A DNA stretch of 64,000 bases from Cyanidioschyzon merolae (Eukaryota). Within the stretch, counting starts at the first letter, position 1. The number at the start of each line of letters is the position of its first letter. The notes under the pieces were generated by a model. That model was not told the DNA's origin. It ran no database searches and saw only the letters and a list, made by a program, of their open reading frames with translations. The DNA lies in assembly GCA_000091205.1 (NCBI GenBank), contig AP006487.2, one strand, 5' to 3'. Of this stretch, positions 56,498 through 64,000 are shown in pieces. A program made the translations under genes and the position numbers.

Positions 56498-57235
56498 ATG
56501 TTTCCTGCTCCAGGTTCTAGCGCGGGGGGTCAGTCAATGGAGGCGTCCCTTGACGAGGCAGGACTTCCGCGCAAGACTGTGCTAGCCTGCGTTCAGGCCG
56601 TTCTCCAAGAGGGCGGCCTGTCGTCAAGCGCTGAACAGCAGCCTCACAGCGCGCCTTCCGTGAGCTCAAGCCCGTCGCGAGTAGAACATGCGATGGTAAC
56701 AGAGGGGCGACCGCGTGATGCGATAACCGTACAGAACGGCGCTCGTGAGCACGTCAAGCGAGAAGCCTCCACAGAGGAAACGCAACTGGGCGCCACGTCT
56801 CCTGCGACGCTGCAACTCACAGAGGAAACAGCGTGCTCCAACATGGACGCTGAGTGCTCGAAGGACGAGAGTTCACCCCAGAATGGTCCAGAGCCAGCCC
56901 TAACGCTACACCCGGACGCACGTGACCTCATCTGCGCCTGTGCGAACACGTTCGTTCGGTCAATTGCAGTTGAGGCGAATAAGGCAAAGGCCAGAGACCA
57001 GAAACGGACAATCTTCTCGAAACATATCCTAGCCGCCTTGGAGCAGATGGGCCTTGAAGCTTACGTCCCAGTATTGCAGCCACTGCTGGAACGTGTGGAG
57101 GATGAGCAGGTGGAACGCCAACGGCGAAAAACTGGTCGTGCTCGCTTTGAACACACAGGTTTGAGCATAGAGGAGCTCAAAAGACAACAAGCGGAACTAC
57201 TAGCTGCTGCTCGAGAGCAAGCTCTGTGGCCTTGA
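56498..57235 (+). CDS. Histone-fold protein of the NC2-beta (Dr1) / NF-YB / Dpb4 family with a long low-complexity loop insertion
   Basis: The helix alpha1 region is LPRKTVLACVQAVL. Helices alpha2-alpha3 ARDLICACANTFVRSIAVEANKAKARDQKRTIFSKHILAALEQMGLEAYVPVL match SEAN.I...EKRKTI..EHV..AL..LGF..Y. A charged C-terminal tail follows. Confidence 0.45.
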   Translation: MFPAPGSSAGGQSMEASLDEAGLPRKTVLACVQAVLQEGGLSSSAEQQPHSAPSVSSSPSRVEHAMVTEGRPRDAITVQNGAREHVKREASTEETQLGATSPATLQLTEETACSNMDAECSKDESSPQNGPEPALTLHPDARDLICACANTFVRSIAVEANKAKARDQKRTIFSKHILAALEQMGLEAYVPVLQPLLERVEDEQVERQRRKTGRARFEHTGLSIEELKRQQAELLAAAREQALWP

Positions 57236-58079
57236 CTGCACGCACAATTGCCAAAAGCTGTCAGCGATCGACGCTATGATGAGCACGGTGCATCATCCTT
57301 AACAGCCAAAAACATCAGCTGTTTGTGGATATGCCCAAAGTCGTTTGCGTAGCGATGATGGCCTCCATGTTCAGTGTGTACCAGAAAAGAAAAGCCGTGA
57401 AATGGCCTCGAAGGCGCGGAAGTCGGTACACTGGTGGCGCAGCTCGCCCCGAGATATAGAAATCGAATCCACAGTCGCTTCCCTGGGTTGTTGTCGCAGG
57501 CAGCAACGCAGGATACGGGGAATGCTTGAGAGGAGCTGTAGTCTCCGCTTGCCTAGCTCGTTGCCGGCAGCAGCAAGGATGCTCTCGGGCTATGTTGGTT
57601 CGCTGGATCGATCCCGGTCCATAAAAAATTCGAGACGATGAACATGAGAACCCAGTTATCGGCACTAGAGTTTTTTCATTCAGCATCTTTGGTGATGTTC
57701 ATGAGCGATAACAAAACGATCGCTTTGCCTCTGATTGCAAGCGGTCTCAAGAGTGCCTTTGGTGCCCGGGGGAATATGGTGCAGTCCGCTGTAGCGCCGA
57801 AGGATGCTGCGGATTACAGCTACCGCAACATTTCATTATCCTAGACTCGTACAGAATCTATTGCTCATCGAGAGCGCCTACGAAGCGCCGGCCCATCGAT
57901 GCGATTTTGGTCGATACGCAGCATGGAGCCGGAAGGCGGCCCCCCGTTTGAAATAGAATCAGACGGCTGTACATCATGGCGAGAAAAAGTCCCAATAACT
58001 TTAAACACTCCAAACCGTCCTAGCAAGTCAGAATGTCCAGGCAGATTCGTTCGCTCAAGCGCTGACGAACAAGGCCGAG

Positions 58080-60620
58080 TTACTTGCGGTACGCCATGCG
58101 CCGCCAGAGCGCAGCTGCGTCGCTCGGAACATATGGTGCTCCAGGGCGTCGTCCGTGCCGCCCTAGTGTCGACGGGGCGTACATTGCCTGCCGAGCCGCC
58201 TGAATACCTTCGTGAATGGTCTGCACTAAACCCGAGGCCAACAGTATGATTGCAGCGTTCAACACAATGGTTTCGCGGAGCAATACCAGGTGCTCTGAAG
58301 ATAAACTGCTGGTCTCTGCTCCGACAGCGTTGTCGTCGATACCCGTATTCGTGAGTACCTCCTCGAGGAGTCGTGCATTCTCCACGGCATTGGCACCAAT
58401 CACAGCAGCTAAATCGCCCTTGCTGTACATCTGGTAGCGATGCGGTTGAAGAGGTATCTCGGCGACCTGGGCGATCTCCTCGCCGTCTGCATTGGGGCCG
58501 CGGTAGCAAACCTCGCGCACAGAATTCTGTCCCCAGGGTAGAAGACAGCCCAGATGCTGCTCTCCCGTTGGAGTGTCCTCGTTTGATGCCTCTGGCACCA
58601 GACAAGTGAAGAGCCAGGCTCTTACTGGACGGAAGAACGCGACTGCGTCCGTCAGCGCCTCCAGTTCTGCAGTTCCACTGGGAGCATGGAGACCCGGCGC
58701 AGTCACCAAACGATCAAGGTCGTAGGCATTCAAGAGCGGAGCCACTAAATCTCCCAAAAGCGGTGCTGGCGATGTTGCCACATCTTCCGCGGTAGCCGTT
58801 TCATTCAGTAGGAGTCGAATATCGCGCTTCGCGAGACCTATCGGTGATCGATAAAGCGCTATTCGCAATCGATCAAAAGTTGCACAGGACTCGGCTAGAG
58901 TCGGATAGGGGTTCAGCCCAACAGCAAGCAGGAAAGGGGCATAAGTCGTGCTCAACGTGCTCCGCCAGTCGTCGATGATACAGACGCGGGCACCTGCTGA
59001 TGTGGCAACGACGGCAGCGCCCAACATAATATGGGGAATCATGGCGTTGGAGAAGAGCAGCCCTACTATGGTGGATCTGGAAAGCGGCCCTGAAGGCTGT
59101 GGTGTCCGTGGATGAGCACTTATGTAGGCGGAAAGCTTTGGCAAGTGCGGAAGCAGCAACTGCGCGAGCGCTGCTCGTGCAGAGCCGTGCAAGACGCCAT
59201 CTGCAGCCATCGCGAGAATGCACAGCTTCCGGGCAACTGCGATGGACTCTGCTCGCGACAGGGCCGGAAGCAAGTGCTTCTGTTCATTGGACGATGCCGG
59301 GGCATACGCGCCTGACTTTCCTGCATACTGATATTGTTCGTCAGCGCTCAGCAGTGTAAACAGGCAGCGGGTATCTTCAATACTCAACGGCAACTGGCGA
59401 ATGATAGCCTCGTAGAGATCGGAGACGTCTGCGAACCAGCGGCGCGGCACGGGAGCCGTCTTGTTCGCTATTCGGTCGCTGTGCTGCCTCTGCAACAGTG
59501 CTTCCAGGTGGAAGCGCAGGCGAGCCCACACCATACCCAGAGGCGATGTCAGCGTTCGCGCAGCTCGCTGGTACGCCGGCTTCTTCGCTGGTGGACGCAA
59601 CGGCTGCGGAAACGCTCGCCATCGCTCTGCAAGCTCCTCTCGACCAAGGAAGACGCTGTCTAGTCGCTGTTGTAACTTCCAGAAAAGTCCAAGTATGATG
59701 AGGGCGATGGCACTGATCCAGAATGCCGGTACCGGGAACCGTCCGCCCGGACGGATTGTTTCCAACCCGGGGAGTCGCAGCGGCTCAACGGTAACCATAC
59801 GCCGCTCTCCTTGCCAGGCTCGTCCAGCATGCTCCATTCGTGCCTCATCTGCACGGTCGAGGAAACGTAAAGAGTATCGAACAAGATGACGGGATCTCAT
59901 CCACAGGTGTCTGCATGCGTAGGGCGTTACCCGACGTGCATCAGCAAGGATTTGCGTTGATGACTCGCGACCCCGTCCAAAGCGGTTGCGGGTGTATGCA
60001 TGTTGGCCAGGAAGACGCGTAGGTGTGTTGCTGATCCAGCGCACCAATGGAGCAGAAAACTGAAGTACCGGGAAACCCCATCGAGCCCGCAACGCCCGCG
60101 CCATCCCCAAGGAGCGACCTGTCTCCACATCCGAACGCTTCGGGAAACCATGACACCTATCCAGACTAGTAGACAGAAGCGTTGACGTACGCGCACCCGT
60201 CTCGCTTCTGGAGAGCATTGCACAGTGTTGGCACATGGAACAGGCGTTCGACCGGGGCCTCACGCCGGGCGGCATAACAGGATGCCTGCGGCTCGCAACG
60301 ATACCACTATCCGTTTCGGTGGCTGCTCCTGTATCCAAAAAGGCGCTCCAGGCGACAGGACGGTTCTTGGTCCATCGGTTTGGTATCAAGCTTCCAGTTG
60401 TCGGCCTCACGGTAGTGATTTCCTCTTGTTGACGCTTTGATACTTGCTGCTGCACCATGAAAGCTCGCTGCCGACAGCCACACAATGCAGAGGCCTCCTC
60501 AGCGCAGACAAACAATACCCTCCGACAGAAAGCAAGGTCGTTACTAGCACTACGAATGGTAAACAGTAGTAGTTGTTGTTGTTGCTCTCTTGACTGGGTT
60601 TGAAAAAGCTTTTGCGTCAC
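58080..60620 (-). CDS. Hypothetical protein (846 aa) with C-terminal glycosyltransferase-family-3 (TrpD/YbiB-like) fold
   Basis: The C-terminal block GDLAAVIGANAVENARLLEEVLTNTG...EHLVLLRETIVLNAAIILLASGLVQTIHEGIQAARQAM resembles the C-terminus of anthranilate phosphoribosyltransferase-like proteins (..vLlNAAaaL.vaG....l.eG...A.e.i.sG.A). The N-terminal 400 aa are unrecognised. Confidence 0.35.
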   Translation of the reverse strand: MTQKLFQTQSREQQQQLLLFTIRSASNDLAFCRRVLFVCAEEASALCGCRQRAFMVQQQVSKRQQEEITTVRPTTGSLIPNRWTKNRPVAWSAFLDTGAATETDSGIVASRRHPVMPPGVRPRSNACSMCQHCAMLSRSETGARTSTLLSTSLDRCHGFPKRSDVETGRSLGMARALRARWGFPVLQFSAPLVRWISNTPTRLPGQHAYTRNRFGRGRESSTQILADARRVTPYACRHLWMRSRHLVRYSLRFLDRADEARMEHAGRAWQGERRMVTVEPLRLPGLETIRPGGRFPVPAFWISAIALIILGLFWKLQQRLDSVFLGREELAERWRAFPQPLRPPAKKPAYQRAARTLTSPLGMVWARLRFHLEALLQRQHSDRIANKTAPVPRRWFADVSDLYEAIIRQLPLSIEDTRCLFTLLSADEQYQYAGKSGAYAPASSNEQKHLLPALSRAESIAVARKLCILAMAADGVLHGSARAALAQLLLPHLPKLSAYISAHPRTPQPSGPLSRSTIVGLLFSNAMIPHIMLGAAVVATSAGARVCIIDDWRSTLSTTYAPFLLAVGLNPYPTLAESCATFDRLRIALYRSPIGLAKRDIRLLLNETATAEDVATSPAPLLGDLVAPLLNAYDLDRLVTAPGLHAPSGTAELEALTDAVAFFRPVRAWLFTCLVPEASNEDTPTGEQHLGCLLPWGQNSVREVCYRGPNADGEEIAQVAEIPLQPHRYQMYSKGDLAAVIGANAVENARLLEEVLTNTGIDDNAVGAETSSLSSEHLVLLRETIVLNAAIILLASGLVQTIHEGIQAARQAMYAPSTLGRHGRRPGAPYVPSDAAALWRRMAYRK

Positions 60621-60679
60621 TCAGGTACCGCTGCGACGGTCTCGAAGCGACGTGCTCTAGAGAAAGCCCTGCAGGAGCC

Positions 60680-61250
60680 ACACGACTCGAAAAAAGAGCA
60701 AGTCGTTACGATGAAGCGTTACCTGCGTAACGACTAGAAACAGCTGCTTCTGAGCGACACGACTCGAATAAAGGGCTAGTCGTTACGATGAAGCGTTACC
60801 TGCGTAACGACTAGAAACAGCTGCTTCTGAGCGACACGACTCGAATAAAGGGCTAGTCGTTACGATGAAGCGTTACCTGCGTAACGACTAGAAACAGCTG
60901 CTTCTGAGCGACACGACTCGAATAAAGAGCAAGTCGTTACGATGAAGCGTTACCTGCGTAACGACTAGAAACAGCTGCTTCTGAGCGACACGACTCGAAT
61001 AAAGGGCTAGTCGTTACGATGAAGCGTTACCTGTGTAACGACTAGAAACAGCTGCTTCTGAGCGACACGACTCGAATAAAGGGCTAGTCGTTACGATGAA
61101 GCGTTACCTGTGTAACGACTAGAAACAGCTGCTTCTGAGCGACACGACTCGAATAAAGGGCTAGTCGTTACGATGAAGCGTTACCTGCGTAACGACTAGA
61201 AACAGCTGCTTCTGAGCGACACGACTCGAATAAAGGGCTAGTCGTTACGA
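60680..61250. repeat. Tandem array, 77-bp unit x ~7.4, each unit containing a perfect 12-bp inverted repeat (ctagtcgttacg ..15 nt.. cgtaacgactag)
   Basis: Unit starts at 60680, 60758, 60835, 60912, 60989, 61066, 61143 and 61220. The units are nearly identical; the first is slightly diverged (aaaaagagcaagtcg). Confidence 0.9.
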
Positions 61251-61457
61251 AGAATCGCCTCCCAAAAGGAGCTTCCCCGGGAACGCTTTACCGTGTAAGG
61301 CTTCGAACGGCTGAGAACGAGCCCAGGCGATACGCGTTACCGCCACCACTTGCATGTGTGCTCCGCGTGGCATCTCCAGTCGATGCTTCTGCACTGCTGT
61401 TCCAAAGTCGTTACACATGACGGTTTTTTCTGGGGGTACTTGTTGCCTTCCTAACAT

Positions 61458-61955
61458 ATGGGTAAACGGGTGTTCGTAACAGTGGGTACAACGCGCTTCT
61501 CGGGACTCGTTCAGGCGCTAGAGAACGAGCAGGTTCTCCGGTCGTTGCGCAGGGCTTGGGACTGCGACACACTGGTGGTCCAGCACGGATCAGGTCCAGC
61601 ACCAGCGAGAGCTTGCATCGAGCGTCATGGTATGACCCTGGAAAGTTTTCCGTACTCGGATTCATTACGGGATGAACAGGAGAGAGCGGACCTCATCATT
61701 TCGCACGCTGGTGCGGGCTCGATCCTCGAAGCACTCGAACATGCTAAACCGTTGGTTGTCGTCGTCAACGAAAGTTTAATGGATAACCACCAATGGGAAC
61801 TTGCCCGTGCACTTGCAGAACGAAAGGCGCTCGTCGCTACCACGTGCGCTGAGCTAGGGCAGGCGTTGGAGCAGGCTCGTCGTCACCGGCAGCAGAGACC
61901 GTTGCCACCGGCTTGTCGTGGGGTGCTCACGCGAGTTCTCTTCGAAGAGAGCTGA
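61458..61955 (+). CDS. ALG13: UDP-N-acetylglucosamine transferase subunit ALG13 (GT28 C-terminal domain)
   Basis: The match is VFVTVGTTRF ... LIISHAGAGSILEAL..KPLVVVVNESLMDNHQWELARAL. Length is 165 aa. Confidence 0.75.
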   Translation: MGKRVFVTVGTTRFSGLVQALENEQVLRSLRRAWDCDTLVVQHGSGPAPARACIERHGMTLESFPYSDSLRDEQERADLIISHAGAGSILEALEHAKPLVVVVNESLMDNHQWELARALAERKALVATTCAELGQALEQARRHRQQRPLPPACRGVLTRVLFEES

Positions 61956-63842
61956 GAGAGCATCAGGCGTTTATGCACCTACGGGAATGAATCGGGCCTG
62001 GAGGCATGCGTTCAACTGGTACACGGAATGGTGACCGAACGCCGAAACACCGACACTAGTACTTTTTGGAGGGAATCGCTTAAAGAAAACCTGGCGACTG
62101 GTAGTAGTTTCATTGTAAAACGATATGGAAGCTGCTCGCCTGTGTCGATACTTGACTCGTGCTAGAAAGATGCATGCTATCGATGAAATCGCATGGGCTT
62201 TCATGCCAAACTAGTGTGCACTTCTCTTTCTCCAGAGCGTACAGTATTGATTCTACAACGCTGGTACTCAACCTCATGGTATCGTTGAAACGGTACGGAT
62301 TCACGTCACCATTCACGCGTCCTCGTGCTCGGAAAGCATCGACCTCTTATCGGTTTGTTGGTAGGCACGTTGCCTTGGTCGTCGCCCAGCAGATGCGAGA
62401 ACCTTCTCCAGTTCGCATTCGTGGCATCTCCCTATCGCACACTTTTTCGAATGCTAAAAGGGCTTGGTTGTTCGTCAGTGCGAATGAATTGATCACTGGT
62501 GTGCCTCAACTCGAAAGTCTACATCGTTCACAGAGGCTGCGTTCGAATCGACTCGGAAACGGCAAAGAACAGCGCGATCCAATCTGTGTTTCATTGGTCT
62601 AGAGGATCAAAGCCAGCACCAACATGGAAAGGGAATGCTTCGATAGATTCAAACCACTTACAACAACGCAACGTTCATGATCTTTGGTGGCATTTAGCGA
62701 GCACTGCTGTTTCGCCATGCGATCGGAAACGACAGCGTCGATGACTGCCTTTATCGTCGGAGTCTAACGATATGTAATCCATCCTGAGGGTGAGCGTGTC
62801 ACGGTGCAATTGTGACAGAGACACTTGAAGGACGGGCCAGGGAGAAAGCAGGGTCCCTGAGCTATTTAACAGGTCTACAAAAAGCAGGCGCACAGACCCG
62901 AACTCCTGTGCAGCGTCGCAAAACCGACCTAGACGAGAACCGGGTTCTCCTTATTCAAACAAGTCTTGGAGCAGGAAACACTTCCTCGCTCCATAGCCTG
63001 AATATCTGCAGCAAACCGAGCTGTGGAAACTGGATTCGTGAGATACTCGACTGACACTTAACCCATAGAGCAGAGGAGAGGGCTCTCGGGGAGAGCCCGC
63101 ATCCACCGCAGAGTCCACGTGTCCCCCTTTCCCGACGACTGAATTATAGTGCGTTTCAGTACTTCCGACCTCGAATTTATGGTTCGCTGCGTTTCGAACA
63201 GGTGATGCTGAGCAGCACCACAAGAACAGGCATCTCGAGATCGCTCTACGGTGTCTAGACTGCAGTCAACGCAAACCTACCAGATCGGAAACAAAGAAAC
63301 CCAATTTCGGGAGAGCAGCACCGGGTCAACGATACCAGCCTCCGTATACGATAACATTACCGCTATCGTTCTGTCTGGCTAGTGCTAGCGAGTAGCGAAT
63401 GCACGTAGGCATGCATACTAGGGGTACTGCACGTCATGGAGTTGCCTGCAGCGCTTCCGCATACCCTCAGCGACTGCGCGTTCGTGCCTGTGCATGCCGA
63501 CATTGGATGCATTCGCAGTTGGATCCAAGTTTAACAAGACTGCATCTCGGTGGATACAGACCAGAGCGACGACTCGGCCGCAGACGAGTCACCGCTGCTG
63601 CCCAAGGCATCTGCTAGACGCTCAGGTGCTCTCACGGGTATCCCCGTGTACTCCAGACAAGTCTAGATCGCGTTCGATACACTAGCAGCCTGCTCCCCGT
63701 ACATCTGCTGCAAAGTGGCAACGACAAGAGGCGCAAGCGTCGACACCATCGCTCTTCCATCGAGCCGAATGTGTTCCTGTCCGACTCAGTCACCCACGAG
63801 ATCCTTAATCCAGGCGTCCCAGCAGCCCGGTGGTGCCGCTGC

Positions 63843-63882
63843 CGTTGTTGTTGTTGTTGTTGTAGTCGTTGTCGTTGTCGTG
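63843..63882. repeat. Trinucleotide microsatellite (GTT)6-7 followed by (GTC/GTT) variants
   Basis: Direct read: gttgttgttgttgttgttgtagtcgttgtcgttgtcgtgg. Confidence 0.8.
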
Positions 63883-64000
63883 GATCCCGGAAATGCCGAG
63901 GGCGCTACCGACCCTGCATCCAGGGCAGGCATCGAGTGGTGGCATTGTGAATCGCCTCCATGCCGTTTCTCGTGTGCTCCGTCGCTGGGCTCGGGACCAT

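Noticed and set aside
57865-58605. 246-aa minus-strand ORF overlapping the 3' end of the 846-aa ORF in another frame
   Set aside because: It is an alternative frame of the same region, and the longer ORF carries the recognisable GT3-like domain.
60680-61250. CRISPR-like reading of the 77-bp array (palindromic 12-bp elements at regular spacing)
   Set aside because: Whole 77-bp units are repeated identically, so there are no unique spacers. The context is eukaryotic, with no cas genes. It is a minisatellite.

Overview
This looks like a eukaryotic nuclear segment, roughly 52-55% GC by eye, with intron-poor genes on both strands at about one per 3 kb, interleaved with dispersed and tandem repeats. 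Motif-level reading supports about twenty protein-coding genes. These are an EXO1-like exonuclease (5' end outside the window), a DUF1295-type membrane protein, a 2Fe-2S ferredoxin-like protein, a SPO11/TopoVI-A homologue with intact catalytic motifs, a Misato/DML1 tubulin-family protein, the UAP56/SUB2 DECD-box helicase, an MFS transporter, the PP1 catalytic subunit, a membrane-anchored rubredoxin, a Cdc6/Orc1 AAA+ ATPase, a PX-domain sorting-nexin-like protein, GPN-loop GTPase 1, a SANTA-domain/AT-hook KNL2-like protein, acetyl-CoA acetyltransferase with low-complexity insertions, a histone-fold NC2beta-like protein, ALG13, and several large hypothetical proteins. The accessory content is the most interesting part. 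First, two diverged and inactivated copies of a TnpB/Fanzor-like RuvC gene each sit behind a nearly identical ~355-bp 5' leader that carries two hairpins of matching design. Second, three copies of a ~1.4-kb composite element pair Tc1/IS630-type DDE transposase remnants with a TnpB-like RuvC-III tail. Third, a 600-bp direct repeat pair, itself part of a composite repeat, brackets the SPO11 and Misato genes. There are also four tandem or palindromic arrays: 114-bp, 82-bp, a hairpin-forming 77-bp array in a divergent promoter region, and a 20-bp perfect palindrome. No rRNA, tRNA or CRISPR could be supported. All homology calls rest on motifs I can read in the ORF translations, not on searches.
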